Assembly: GCA_013349585.1 (NCBI GenBank) | Contig: DUZG01000001.1 | Span: forward strand, 3,499 to 67,498 | From: Nitrospinota bacterium | GTDB lineage: Bacteria; Nitrospinota; Nitrospinia; Nitrospinales; VA-1 | Direction: 5' to 3' | Length of the DNA stretch: 64,000 nt | Shown: piece by piece, positions 19,989-31,084 of the stretch | How positions within the stretch are numbered: the first letter of the stretch is position 1 | Layout of the letters: each line of letters starts with the position of its first letter | Notes under the pieces: model-generated | The model's database searches: none | Told to the model about the DNA's origin: nothing | Seen by the model: only the letters and a program-made list of their open reading frames with translations | Position numbers and translations under genes: made by a program

Positions 19989-21503
19989 TTAAATAGATTT
20001 ATTGTTTCTTTTCGCGAATAAGAATAATTGGTAGTCCAGCGGGAACCCAAATAATTTGTATTTCCATCTGAATTTTGCGATTTTAGCAAAGATGTTGTAG
20101 GCCCATACGAAGAATAGTTTTTTGATTGGACTTTCTATTCTTCCTTTTGCCCAAATTATGGTGTCGGAATCGAGGAACATAAATATATAGCTGGATATCA
20201 TCGAAACCAATTGCGCTTGTTTGGGGGTGACCCAAGGTGTTTGTTTGTCATAAAGTTTCATATGAGCCCAGCCTTCTAGTTTCTTGGGTTCCTGAAAGCC
20301 AAGTTCTACCGCAGTATCGTATAACGGGGTGCCGGGGTATGGCATGTAAATAAACATCTGCCCTCGGTTGCGGCTATCATAAGAAAGAAACTTATCGAGC
20401 ATTTCGATCGTGGCATCTATCTGATTGTTTGTTTTTTGGGTTAGCTCTTGGTGGGTATGGTTCAGCATGGGTATTCCCACAAGAGTAGAAAAGATAACTT
20501 TGACTCCGTAGTCGCGGCATTTTTCAGCGAACTTATAATTGTCTTCGACATCCATGTCTTTATCGATGGCATCCAAAGATTCTTGGTCTCCGGATTCAGC
20601 GCCACATAAGATGCTGTAAGTGCGCGACTCCCTTAAAAGTTCCCAAAGTTCATCGTCAGCTTCGGCTAGTTGTTTGGCCCGGCCATCTAGATTGCCGAGT
20701 CTTAGGGTCAAGCCCCGGTCGATAATTCCTTTCAGAATAGCTTTGGCTCTTTTGACATTCACAAAAAACAGACTGTCGTATAAATTGACCCCATTGACGT
20801 TGTATTTATTCTGAAGTTTTTCCAAGTCATCGAGAACCGCTTCGGGATTCAACCCGACCCAGCTTCTATTGTTTACGGTAACTTCACTACAGAATGAACA
20901 CCGATAAGGGCATCCATAGCTGGAAACGTAGTTGATGGTCCGGGTCCCGAATTCGGTGACCATGACGCATTTTTCAATATCAACGAGATGGTAGGGAAGC
21001 GGCGGCCAGTCATCTATAGATTCTAGACTTCTGTCTGGATTGGTAAATACCTCGCCGTTTTCTTTCCAGATCACTCCGGGGATGTCTTTATATTTCTCAC
21101 CGGCTTCAATTCTTTTTACAACATCATGGAGTGCCCGGGCACCCTGTCCTTTAATTACAATATCTATAAATGGACTTTCCAGTACCTGATATGGATGAAC
21201 TGATGGGTGCCAGCCGCCCCAAATTATTTTTATATCTTTATTCGTCTCTTTGGCAATCTGACTTGCCTTAAGTCCGCCCTGGATTTGCAGACCCGTCATA
21301 GCGGATATTCCTAAAACCAGGCTGTCTTTGGCCGATTCTCGTATTTCTTGATAAGGATCGGGGTACAAGTTTTCAGCGATGATCTTTATGGGATAACCTT
21401 CTTTATCTAGAAATCGGGATACGCAAATAAGAGAAAGGGGGAGGTCTACCGGCTTGTAATACGGATCTGGTCTTGGATTGAATAAAAGAATTGAGCTTTT
21501 CAT
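19989..21503 (-). CDS. B12-binding radical SAM protein
   Basis: N-terminal cobalamin-binding domain (GISAMTG...WGGWHPS), SYGCPYRCSFC, GAESG, PYPGTPLY. Confidence 0.92.
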   Translation of the reverse strand: MKSSILLFNPRPDPYYKPVDLPLSLICVSRFLDKEGYPIKIIAENLYPDPYQEIRESAKDSLVLGISAMTGLQIQGGLKASQIAKETNKDIKIIWGGWHPSVHPYQVLESPFIDIVIKGQGARALHDVVKRIEAGEKYKDIPGVIWKENGEVFTNPDRSLESIDDWPPLPYHLVDIEKCVMVTEFGTRTINYVSSYGCPYRCSFCSEVTVNNRSWVGLNPEAVLDDLEKLQNKYNVNGVNLYDSLFFVNVKRAKAILKGIIDRGLTLRLGNLDGRAKQLAEADDELWELLRESRTYSILCGAESGDQESLDAIDKDMDVEDNYKFAEKCRDYGVKVIFSTLVGIPMLNHTHQELTQKTNNQIDATIEMLDKFLSYDSRNRGQMFIYMPYPGTPLYDTAVELGFQEPKKLEGWAHMKLYDKQTPWVTPKQAQLVSMISSYIFMFLDSDTIIWAKGRIESPIKKLFFVWAYNIFAKIAKFRWKYKLFGFPLDYQLFLFAKRNNKSI

Positions 21504-21632
21504 AAATTTTCGATTAAAGTTGGAACTCTATTCTTAACGGTATTTCCGGCTGAAAAATGAAATGGTGGGACAACTATACCCATGATCTAATCCATTATAG
21601 TTTAGTTGTGTTTTTGTCATGAGGAATAATTT

Positions 21633-24600
21633 TTAATCGGTGATTATATGTTTTTCGATTTCAGTGTCTGTCCTGATTCGAGTTCTTTGAATCTGGAATC
21701 GTCGAAAAAGCATTTTCGGAAGCAACTTTAAGGCATCCCATTTACTTTTTAACAAAACCTGACCTTGCCCACGGTAGGTGAAATATTTAATGTCATTGAA
21801 CTGGTGCTTCCAGATGGAATAGAGATATTTGAAATACATCTTTAAAGAATAGTTTTTGATGAAAACCCAGATGTCGTTGCGTTTGCATAAATAAACATAG
21901 CGATCACTGTACAAGCCTACTGTTGCGGTGCCGATGTGGTAGACCTTTGATTTTGGCAAATAGACAGCTTGAAACCCATGCAACTGGCTACGCATGTTTA
22001 GATCAACATCTTCCGCGAAAATAAAAAAGTCTTCATCAAACAATCCGATTTGTTTAAAAAGTTCTTTTCGGTAAATTCCTGCTCCGGCGCAGGCTCCGAA
22101 AACATAATCCTCCTGGTCATACTGGCCGTTGTCTTTATCGCCTTGACCGCGTCCGCCTCCTGCGGACCATGAATGAAACAAGTCGCCGGTGTTATAGAAG
22201 ACTTCTCTGTTATCAAGGAACATCATTTTTGTGGTTCCCATGCCACATTCAGGATGCCGCTCCATGCCTTCATAAAGCTCGCTTAGCCAATCGGGCACGA
22301 CTTCTATATCGTTGTTGAGCAATACAACATATTCCGCGTTGGATGCTTTGATTCCTTCATTACAGGCAATGGCGAACCCCATATTGTGTGGAAGTTTCAA
22401 CAGCTGCACCCAGGGATATTTTTCTTCTATCATTTCGCGGGAACCGTCCATAGAGCCGTTGTCAACCACAATGACTTCAAAATTTTCGAAGTGTAATTGA
22501 GCCAGAGAGTCCAGACACATGCCAACGAATCGCATTCCGTTCCAGTTGGGAACAATGACACTCACTAACGGATTTTCCGACTGGGGCTGTTTTGATGTTT
22601 CTGCTATGTTTTTTGTGGAGTTACTTGCTGTTTCGCCCAACATTGCTTGAGCTCCTTGATGAGAAGGGTTAAGTTTTATACATTTTTTTAATAGCTCTTG
22701 CCTCTTTTTCAAGGGTGCCGAGCGGGCTATTCTGAAACAGGCATTGGCCTGAATATGTGGGTAGTGTTCGGAGGAATCTACGATTTCCGCAAACTGGGAA
22801 GAGGCTGCAAATAAGTCACCTATGTTTTCAAGGGCAGAGGCTGTAGCATATCTTAAAATCCCGTTTTCAGGATTATTTTTCAAATATAGGTTTAGAGTTT
22901 CATGTTCAGGCCTTGTTTGAGAGTCCAGCTCCGCCAGAGCTTGTACGATTTTAGTGTGCAGCCATTCCTGATCTTTTTTAGGGTGAATATCGCGAGCTTC
23001 CTCGAATAAATTTTTCAACTCATCCTGATTTTTTAATTTGACGAGGCATTCGATAGAAAATTTCCAGCAGTCATGGCGGTCTGGGAACTGTCTCCTTATA
23101 TGATCAAACTCTCCCCAAGCTTCCTTATATTTTCCATTATATTTAAAGAGTAGCCCATTCAAAAAATCATCTTCAACATGAAAGTCAAAGCGTTTGATTT
23201 CTTCTTGAATCAAAGGAATGGCTTCGTCAAATTTTTTAAACTGTATTTTTATATTGGCAAGATGAATTCTCAAATGTTGCCATTCGGGAGATAGTTCAAC
23301 GGCTTTTTCAAAAGCCGTTTCTGCTTGATGGGGAAGGTCGAGTGCCAAATAGATTTCGCCTAAATATACATTCCCTTCCCTATCTTCAGGGTTCAGACGT
23401 AAGAGATTGCGGCATTCCTTGAATGCGGTGGTTAGTTTTCCTCTCTCTAAATCTGCGCGGTTCAATGCTGGGGCATGCCATTCTCCCTGCGTAAGTTCTT
23501 CCATTTGTTCCATTTTTTTCTGCCAGGGAAATGAAAGGGGATCAGTGGTTAGGGATTCGGAACTTTCCAGACGGTAAACAGGAAATCTTGCCAGAACAAC
23601 TTTTAAAAGTGTGTATTTTAAACCAGTTATGTCTTCTAACTGCTGTATATCAAGGTCGGGAAAGGTTTTGATTATGTACTTGGGTTTATGTTTTATGACT
23701 CCACCTATCATGCTGTCGTAAAACCCTTCCAAGTCTTGCGTATCCCAGGGGCCTATTGTGTAGTGGAGAAAATTGTCAGCTGCGGGGCAATCTGTTAAGT
23801 GATAAAGCTGAGAGAAGGTTCCCCACACGAAAATCCGTTCGCCAGATTCTCCTCGCATTCTCATTAGTCGCTTTAGACTTTTTCCCAACCGAGGAATATA
23901 CAAGTATTGATCGTATTTTTCATATTGCACCAAGGTCTCGGGCTGAGTTGGTTTTGAATAATAAAGAAATAGGGATTTAATATTCCAGACGAGAATGGCG
24001 AAGAAAACTGTCGCAACCACTATTGCCAGTCCAGGTTCTTGTTGCATTACCCAATGCATTCCCAAACCACAGCCCAACGAAAGCAACGCGAACCAGGGGA
24101 GGTAATGGTATCGGGAAAAGGCTCGCTGAAAAACGATGTTACTTAAGGTAATGAGGGTGAAAGTTGCGAGCCAAAGGTTTTCTGATTTAGAGAGGTAGAA
24201 TGCTAAGGCAGCAATTCCCGCTATCCAGATAGGCAGGGCTTGCTTCATCAATAAATAAATTTCATAGCAAATGCTGAAATGCAGAGATTTTGTTTTTGTT
24301 ATTCGCATTGTGGTCGCCATGCGGGTTTTCATTTGCTTTATGGACTGGGCATCCCAGAACCCGAGTGCCCACTCTATTGAATTGGAAAGGATGGTTATGC
24401 TGGATACCGTAATGGCAAAAATAACTGCGGAGGTTCCGCCATAAGATATCCACACAGCCGGAGCCAGAATGCCAGCATAGATGACCATGGTGCATTTACA
24501 TATGACGGCAAAGCCAAAACAAAGTCCGGCATAAAAAACCGCGCCATTTAAAAGAAAAGCCAACCCGGCAAAGATAAAAGGAATATAGAATTGTTCGAAG

Positions 24601-25007
24601 TTGAAAGAGCCTGCGGTCAGATCGGGTGAAGTTCCATAAAATGAGTAGAGCAGTCCACCTGTAAATGCCGCCCATTGATTTTGTGTTACAACCAAAACGA
24701 CCCAGTAAATAGAAAGGCAGGCTGCCACATGAAAAAGGGTCTGCAAATGTCGGATTCGTAAATGCCCTTTTTTGGAAGAGGCAAAAACCTTATCGAATAG
24801 CATCATCTTCCACATCGGAACTCCTATGACTTGCAAATCATCTTTCCAGAGAAAACCTCTGTTCGCGAAATGGGCACGGTAGGTGTAAATAGCAAAATCG
24901 TCGTCCACAGGAAATTTGAGAAAAGGCAAGCGGCAAAGAAAGGCCGAGATGATAAGTATTAGAAGATGAAATGTAGTCAAGAGTTCCATAGACATTTGTG
25001 GGTTCAC
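21633..25007 (-). CDS. Fusion: ArnT/PMT-like (GT-C) membrane domain + TPR repeats + C-terminal GT2 glycosyltransferase
   Basis: About 10 TM segments with DDDFAIY after TM1, TPR-like middle, then VSVIVPNWNG, VDNGSMDGS, LLNND, FIFAEDVD. Confidence 0.85.
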   Translation of the reverse strand: MNPQMSMELLTTFHLLILIISAFLCRLPFLKFPVDDDFAIYTYRAHFANRGFLWKDDLQVIGVPMWKMMLFDKVFASSKKGHLRIRHLQTLFHVAACLSIYWVVLVVTQNQWAAFTGGLLYSFYGTSPDLTAGSFNFEQFYIPFIFAGLAFLLNGAVFYAGLCFGFAVICKCTMVIYAGILAPAVWISYGGTSAVIFAITVSSITILSNSIEWALGFWDAQSIKQMKTRMATTMRITKTKSLHFSICYEIYLLMKQALPIWIAGIAALAFYLSKSENLWLATFTLITLSNIVFQRAFSRYHYLPWFALLSLGCGLGMHWVMQQEPGLAIVVATVFFAILVWNIKSLFLYYSKPTQPETLVQYEKYDQYLYIPRLGKSLKRLMRMRGESGERIFVWGTFSQLYHLTDCPAADNFLHYTIGPWDTQDLEGFYDSMIGGVIKHKPKYIIKTFPDLDIQQLEDITGLKYTLLKVVLARFPVYRLESSESLTTDPLSFPWQKKMEQMEELTQGEWHAPALNRADLERGKLTTAFKECRNLLRLNPEDREGNVYLGEIYLALDLPHQAETAFEKAVELSPEWQHLRIHLANIKIQFKKFDEAIPLIQEEIKRFDFHVEDDFLNGLLFKYNGKYKEAWGEFDHIRRQFPDRHDCWKFSIECLVKLKNQDELKNLFEEARDIHPKKDQEWLHTKIVQALAELDSQTRPEHETLNLYLKNNPENGILRYATASALENIGDLFAASSQFAEIVDSSEHYPHIQANACFRIARSAPLKKRQELLKKCIKLNPSHQGAQAMLGETASNSTKNIAETSKQPQSENPLVSVIVPNWNGMRFVGMCLDSLAQLHFENFEVIVVDNGSMDGSREMIEEKYPWVQLLKLPHNMGFAIACNEGIKASNAEYVVLLNNDIEVVPDWLSELYEGMERHPECGMGTTKMMFLDNREVFYNTGDLFHSWSAGGGRGQGDKDNGQYDQEDYVFGACAGAGIYRKELFKQIGLFDEDFFIFAEDVDLNMRSQLHGFQAVYLPKSKVYHIGTATVGLYSDRYVYLCKRNDIWVFIKNYSLKMYFKYLYSIWKHQFNDIKYFTYRGQGQVLLKSKWDALKLLPKMLFRRFQIQRTRIRTDTEIEKHIITD

Positions 25008-25264
25008 CCGCAGTTTCCAAATTGGAAACTTACGTGTTTATAATGCAGGCGATCTTGTACTCATCGGCAAAAACTTGAATTGGCTTTAGTTGATATCCCC
25101 TGACAAAATAAGGGGATTAGATAAGAATCGGTGAAGCCATGCTGAGTATAATTAAGGCTAAGCTTGGGTTCAACCTTCTGTTTTGAACCATAGCTCGTGC
25201 TAGCTTGCTTTTCTTCGGCAGATTGGCGAAAATAGACCGAATATCAACTAACACGGAGAATCGA

Positions 25265-26384
25265 ATGCAAGAAGATCACACCAAAGATTTTAAGGATATA
25301 GAAGTTAGAATTGATCAACTCCGGGGGTTTCTTTGACGTTGATAATAAATTAAAAACCCTCAAATCCCTTGACGAAACCATCACCCAGCCAGGGTTCTGG
25401 GATGATAATCAAGAAGCGCAAAAAATACTGCAAAACAGGTCCGCAATGCAACGTCAAGTGGATATCTGGAAAAGCCTTCACAATGCCAGCGAAGATATTT
25501 CGGCTATGCTGGAATTAGCTGAAGATGAGGACGACCCATCGCTATTGACAGAAATTCATTCTTCGCTAGCAGATCTCGACGTTGAGGTTGCGGAGGCAGA
25601 GTTTAAAGCACTCCTTTCTGAAAAAAATGATTTCAGTAACGCTATCGTGGCGATCAATTCTGGCGCTGGGGGAACGGAGTCTCAGGACTGGGCAGATATG
25701 TTGCTTCGCATGTATTTACGCTGGGGAGATCGAAATGGGTTCAAAACAGAAGTTCTCGACACCCAATATGGTGATGAAGCGGGAATAAAAAGTGCCACTA
25801 TTTTATTGTCCGGTGACTATGTTTTCGGATATTTAAAGGCAGAAATCGGAGTGCATCGCCTAGTACGAATATCGCCGTTTGACTCAAATAAAAGAAGGCA
25901 CACTTCTTTTGCTTCGGTTTTTGTTTATCCTGAAGTCGATGATGGCATCGAAGTGGAAATTAAGGAAGAAGATCTGAAGGTAGATGTCTATCGTGCTTCC
26001 GGCCCAGGTGGGCAGGGGGTGAATACGACCGATTCGGCAGTCCGCCTGACTCACATCCCATCGGGGATTGTGGTTCAGTGTCAGAACGAAAGATCGCAAC
26101 ATAAAAATAAATCTTCAGCGACCAAGGTTTTGAAGGCACGGTTGTATGAGATGGAACAGAACAAGCAGGATGAGGAAAAGAAAGAAATGGAAAAGCAGAA
26201 AAAGAAAATTGAATGGGGAAGTCAGATACGCTCCTACGTCTTGCACCCTTACCAGTTGGTCAAGGATCTGAGGACCAATGTGGAAACGGGCAATGTGGAT
26301 GCAGTTTTGGATGGTGATCTGGATGTTTTTATTCAGGCATTCCTGCGTTTTAATAATTCGGAGTCGGAGAGGTCGGGAAAATGA
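25265..26384 (+). CDS. prfB: Peptide chain release factor 2, with programmed +1 frameshift
   Basis: ATG 25265, 23 codons, then GGGGG-TTT-CTT-TGA-C at 25323-25337. The +1 frame has the SPF and GGQ motifs. Confidence 0.96.
25323..25337 (+). promoter_or_regulatory. RF2 autoregulatory +1 frameshift site
   Basis: Internal SD-like GGGGG, 3-nt spacer, CTT TGA C. Confidence 0.93.
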
Positions 26385-27409
26385 AGTCGAGTTTTAATGC
26401 GTCTTTGGTTAATGATCCTTTTGGAGACCCTGGGTTATTGGTGCAGTTCTTATTTCAGAAACGGGCGCTCTTATTCGACCTTGGTGATATTTCTTCGTTG
26501 AGCAATGCGGAACTTTTAAAGGTTTCGCATGTTTTTGTCAGCCATACACATATCGATCATTTCATTGGTTTTGATCGATTACTACGAACGGTTTTTGGTC
26601 GAGAAAAAACTCTGACCTTTTTCGGGCCTGAAAATTTTATAAAGAATGTGGAAGGCAAACTGGCAGGTTTTACCTGGAATTTGGTAGACCGCTATGAAGA
26701 ATCGCTGACTATTAAAGTCGTTGAGGTAAGAGAAGATAAACTGCTAAAGGGCACATTCAGAGCTATCGATAAGTTTAAAATCTCAGGAGAGGAAGAGGTG
26801 AAATTTGAGGATGGAATAATTCTGAATGACTCCACGTGTGTGGTTCGAGCGGCTGTTCTTGAGCACCGGGTGCCGTGTTTGGGGTTTTCCTTGCAGGAAA
26901 ACCTTCATGTAAATATAAATAAAGACCGATTGAAATCTATGTGCGTCGTTGAAGGCGCATGGTTGAATGCTTTAAAACAAGCGGTTGTAGAAGAGAAGCC
27001 GGATTCCTATGCGATTGAGATGCCTGTTACTAGGGAAGGTATTTCAAGTTTTGAAAAAAACACACTCGGGCAGTTGAAAGAAAACCTCATAGAAATTTCC
27101 CAGGGGCAGAAAATCGGATACGTTGTGGACACGATTTATAATGAGCCGAATAGTAAGAGAATTATAGAATTGGTCAAATCTGCTGATATATTTTTTTGTG
27201 AATCTCCTTTTTTAGCCGATGAAGAGACCAGAGGCCAGGAAAGGTTTCACCTTACCTCACATCAAGCTGGAACTCTGGCGCGAGAAGCTGGCGTGAAAAA
27301 ATTACAAGTCTTTCATTTTTCCTCTAGGCATCGGGATTGCCGGGAGCAATTCTATAATGAAGCGCAGGAGACTTTTCTGGGAAAAACAAAAGCAAATTGT
27401 CTTTCCTGA
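26381..27409 (+). CDS. Ribonuclease Z-like metallo-beta-lactamase fold protein
   Basis: VSHTHIDHFIG, LEHRVPCLG, YVVDT, HLTS..AG, FHFSSR. Confidence 0.85.
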   Translation: MKSSFNASLVNDPFGDPGLLVQFLFQKRALLFDLGDISSLSNAELLKVSHVFVSHTHIDHFIGFDRLLRTVFGREKTLTFFGPENFIKNVEGKLAGFTWNLVDRYEESLTIKVVEVREDKLLKGTFRAIDKFKISGEEEVKFEDGIILNDSTCVVRAAVLEHRVPCLGFSLQENLHVNINKDRLKSMCVVEGAWLNALKQAVVEEKPDSYAIEMPVTREGISSFEKNTLGQLKENLIEISQGQKIGYVVDTIYNEPNSKRIIELVKSADIFFCESPFLADEETRGQERFHLTSHQAGTLAREAGVKKLQVFHFSSRHRDCREQFYNEAQETFLGKTKANCLS

Positions 27410-27488
27410 AGGAAGATTTTCCATCCTGAGTTTGTACCTTTGATTCAAATTGATTCCATCTTGCTAAATAATTTTTGAGGGCGCAATT

Positions 27489-28985
27489 TTGCTTTTGATA
27501 GATTTTGGATTGGTGTGGTTTGCCGCGTACCGAGTGGTGAGAGCTTTAAAGGTTATCCCATTCAAATGGGAAAGGCTGGCATTGGCTTTTCTGTTTGCCT
27601 TGGTAGTAAAAAGCCTGATTATTTTTTTTCTGGTTCGATTGGGAATCCAACCGACCGCTGGTCTCCAGTTAGGTTCAAGTGTTTTGGTTCTGGTATCGAC
27701 CTTGTTTTTTTTACGGAAACCAAACGAAAAGGAGGCAATATTTTCAGACCAGAAGACAGGGTTAGCATGGGTCACATGGTCTATGGTGGGTGTGTTGTTT
27801 TTTTTTAGCATTGTCAATGCCTGGTTTTTCCCGATCACCGAGTCCGATGCTATTTGGTACCATATTAGAGGGATGTCATTTTTCCATGAAGTTCGTTTTG
27901 ATTCAGAATGGGTGGTTCCGCAACTCAAACAGTATCCTCCTTTTATCCCCTTGTTATTTGCTTATCTTATTGCGTTTGATGCAGGATTTTTAAAGATAAT
28001 TTTTCCGCTGATGTACCTGTGCCTGAATATAATTTTTTATTCGCGGGTGCTATCACTGTCTCAAGATAAAAAAATGGCATGCCTGTTTACGATGGTTTTG
28101 GCGACAACTCCCTACTTCTGGTGGCATGGAGCATTGCCGTTTCTTGACCTGACTACTGCAGTATTTTATTCAACAGGTACCTTGTATTGGTATTTCTGGA
28201 TTAAAAATAAGGTGGAAGGGGATACGAAAAAAAGTGAAGAGAATTCTTATGCTGCGATTAGTGGTATTTTGCTAGGCCTAGCGGCTTGGACTCGCATAGA
28301 ATTTCTTTTGTATGATCTGGTTCCGATTTTTCTGACGCTATATGTTTTTAGTAGATATCCCGGAAAAAATGAAAGCCTAAAATCATTAAAACTTTTTTTT
28401 GCATGCCTTCTTCTGTTGCCTTCGATTTGGTTTATAACTTTGCTCACTTTCGAAATGGCTCTTTGGAGCCAAATGAAGATGGTTGGCGGAGTTTGCATCT
28501 TTTTATGGGTTCTGGCTTCAGGGCTTACCTGGGGAAGGTGGAAATTTTCTGAGTTAAATATTCTGCTGGCACTCATTTTGGCTGTGGCAGGATATATCCT
28601 CGTTTTATTTCTATCTGGGGCTGGCCCCGTTCCTGTCTGGAAAAAAATTGCTATCAGTTTTTACCGCACCTCTGTTGTACATATATTTTATTTGTTTACA
28701 GCATTTCTTGGGATCTTTGTTTTTTTTGAAAAGTTGAAATCTTTGTCTGAGCAGAAAAAGATACTTGGATGTTTTTTGATTCTATTCCTCTGTACTCATC
28801 TAGCTATTTTTTCATACGCGACTCCAAAATGGTCGACTTTTGGTGAGTTTGTCTACGCAACTTTTATTCAACCTGGAAATAGCGTCAATCTTTCCGATAC
28901 TCGGGGGATGATGTCTTTCTACCCCATTTTTATATTTTTTATTTCGTCATTGCCTTTTGTAAGGCGAGGGATAATAAATGAATAA
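27489..28985 (+). CDS. Polytopic membrane protein, ArnT/PMT-like (GT-C) glycosyltransferase
   Basis: Many TM helices; PITESDAIWYH, YPPFIP, GLAAWTRIE. Confidence 0.7.
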   Translation: MLLIDFGLVWFAAYRVVRALKVIPFKWERLALAFLFALVVKSLIIFFLVRLGIQPTAGLQLGSSVLVLVSTLFFLRKPNEKEAIFSDQKTGLAWVTWSMVGVLFFFSIVNAWFFPITESDAIWYHIRGMSFFHEVRFDSEWVVPQLKQYPPFIPLLFAYLIAFDAGFLKIIFPLMYLCLNIIFYSRVLSLSQDKKMACLFTMVLATTPYFWWHGALPFLDLTTAVFYSTGTLYWYFWIKNKVEGDTKKSEENSYAAISGILLGLAAWTRIEFLLYDLVPIFLTLYVFSRYPGKNESLKSLKLFFACLLLLPSIWFITLLTFEMALWSQMKMVGGVCIFLWVLASGLTWGRWKFSELNILLALILAVAGYILVLFLSGAGPVPVWKKIAISFYRTSVVHIFYLFTAFLGIFVFFEKLKSLSEQKKILGCFLILFLCTHLAIFSYATPKWSTFGEFVYATFIQPGNSVNLSDTRGMMSFYPIFIFFISSLPFVRRGIINE

Positions 28986-29451
28986 ACGCAAGTGGATTGA
29001 AAATACAATATTGGGGATCATAGTTCTGAATGTTTTTGTTATGGCGTTTGTGTTTTTAACTCCACGGGTGCAATTTATGGCTAACCATTGGGGGTGGAAA
29101 ACAGAAGCCCTTATGGAATCGTCTGGAGCTATGGATACTCCGAATCAATATTCTGAAACTTACAAGGTGGCTAATCAGGTACGGAAAATTGCAACGGAAG
29201 ACTCTGTAATCTACATGCCTGCTAATAAGTGGAGATTTGGATTGAAGAAGTCAGTGGTGATTCAACGCTTATATCCACGAAAGGTTTATTTTTCAGGCGA
29301 TCCTGAGGCGGAGAAAGTTTTTTCTGATATTTCCAAAGTTTCAAACTCATATGTTGTATTTAATGAACACTGGGGGCAAAATTTATGCGCTAAGCAGTCA
29401 GTGAAATATTTAGAGGCCACAAGGGTCGGAATTTGCCGAGCAGGAAAATAA
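28978..29451 (+). CDS. Hypothetical membrane-anchored protein
   Basis: 157-aa ORF overlapping the upstream stop; N-terminal TM helix. Confidence 0.7.
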   Translation: MNKRKWIENTILGIIVLNVFVMAFVFLTPRVQFMANHWGWKTEALMESSGAMDTPNQYSETYKVANQVRKIATEDSVIYMPANKWRFGLKKSVVIQRLYPRKVYFSGDPEAEKVFSDISKVSNSYVVFNEHWGQNLCAKQSVKYLEATRVGICRAGK

Positions 29452-29517
29452 AAAAGAAGAAAATAATGATGTCTCTTGGAAATTCATCGGTACACTCCTA
29501 ATTAAAAACAATTTGGT

Positions 29518-30072
29518 TTGAGGAGAATTGCCAGTCAAATGCTAAAGCCACTTTTAAGGAATATTTTCCATATTGTGTTTCAACCTCGGCGGTTCAACCA
29601 TAAATGTATGGTCCGGCTCGCTGGTAAAACGCGGGATAAAAAAATATTAGAGTTAGCCAGCGGGAAACTACATAAGGGCAAATATTATTATTCTGTTAAG
29701 AATTATTTTGATTCCAACAATGAATTTATTCAGTCAGACATCAAAGAAGAGTATGGTCATCGAATCATCGATGCTACCACCATGGAATTTAAGGATGAGT
29801 TTGATATTGTTCTGTGTATGAACCTCCTGGAACATGTATATGGTTTTCAGTTGGCTGTGAGCAATATTTATGAGGCACTGAAAAATAATGGGATGGCGGT
29901 CATTATTGTTCCTGTGTTTTATCCCCTTCATGACGAGCCATATGATTTTTGGAGATTCACGGAGCATTCTCTTAGAAAAATTCTACATCGCTTCTCAATC
30001 AATAGAATACAATGCCACGGAATAAGGCAATACACTTTTGCCTATTATGTCGAAGCGATTAAACGAGACTGA
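29518..30072 (+). CDS. Class I SAM-dependent methyltransferase
   Basis: ILELASG, FDIVLCMNLLEHV, YPLHDEPYDFWRFT. Confidence 0.85.
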   Translation: MRRIASQMLKPLLRNIFHIVFQPRRFNHKCMVRLAGKTRDKKILELASGKLHKGKYYYSVKNYFDSNNEFIQSDIKEEYGHRIIDATTMEFKDEFDIVLCMNLLEHVYGFQLAVSNIYEALKNNGMAVIIVPVFYPLHDEPYDFWRFTEHSLRKILHRFSINRIQCHGIRQYTFAYYVEAIKRD

Positions 30073-30145
30073 AACTACCTCTAGTTATTGCTTTTCATCA
30101 GGTAGTTCTGTGGGTTGCCAGGCTCGATATTAAATTAAAAATAAA

Positions 30146-31084
30146 TCAGTTTTTGAGAGTGTGAACCGCTTTGGTGCTAAAAAAGAGATCGCGATAGTAT
30201 AAGGAAATAAGGATGGCCCAGAGTAAAACAAAACAACGGTCGAGTAGGGTCGCAAGCATCCCAGTTTGAAAACCCACACCCAACCATTGAGAGAACATTC
30301 CGATGGCTAATTCGCGAGTTCCTAGATCGCTATGGATAATTGGAATGGCGGAGATAACGGGGGTAAGAGTAATAAAGAGCAGGCAATACCCAAATGAGAT
30401 TTCAATGTTTAGTACTTTGCAAACCAGAAACAGCCTGAGCGCGCTCAAGCCAACAAGTAGTATGTTGTGGGTAGAAAGAAGGCAAAACAGCTTTTTGTTT
30501 TTTATTATCCGGTAAAGAGAGTTAATAGCCCGGATCAGTGCATTTAAAAATTTGTTCGAGCGATGCTGAAAATTGAAAGTTTTAGAGAAAAGGAGTATGA
30601 GAAATGCGGCCGCTGAAAAGTAACAAATAACCAAGGGAAAAAATATTTCCTTTTGCTCAAAAACTAGAGCAAGAGAGACAGTCAGTCCGCATAATGCGTT
30701 GATGAAAAAAAGAATCAAGTGGTCGGCCCCCTGGCTGCCTGCAAAGGACATGAAGGGGAATTCATGGCGTTGTTTTAAATAATTTGAGGTGAAAAGAGAG
30801 CCCGCCTTGAAAAAGAAATTGTTGAGAGAGGTGGTAATCGAAGAAAGTCCAATGATTTCGCTGAGATTCAATTGGATGTTGTACGAACCTGCTAAGATCT
30901 TTAATTTTGATCCGTTGATTAACAGTGAGGCGATAACGATTCCTGCAATAAGAAAAAATTGTCCGGCAGATATTTCTTTCAGGGCAAGCAGATTGCTCTG
31001 ATGCTTGGCAAGCTGCGAACCCAGCAGGAAAATTAATAGTCCTGTGACTGCTAATTTGAAAATGTTATTCCATCCAGAAAACAT
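30146..31084 (-). CDS. UPF0104 / lysylphosphatidylglycerol synthase TM-domain (flippase-like) protein
   Basis: About 8 TM helices; C-terminal PIIHSDLGTRE...LLDR pattern. Confidence 0.75.
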   Translation of the reverse strand: MFSGWNNIFKLAVTGLLIFLLGSQLAKHQSNLLALKEISAGQFFLIAGIVIASLLINGSKLKILAGSYNIQLNLSEIIGLSSITTSLNNFFFKAGSLFTSNYLKQRHEFPFMSFAGSQGADHLILFFINALCGLTVSLALVFEQKEIFFPLVICYFSAAAFLILLFSKTFNFQHRSNKFLNALIRAINSLYRIIKNKKLFCLLSTHNILLVGLSALRLFLVCKVLNIEISFGYCLLFITLTPVISAIPIIHSDLGTRELAIGMFSQWLGVGFQTGMLATLLDRCFVLLWAILISLYYRDLFFSTKAVHTLKN

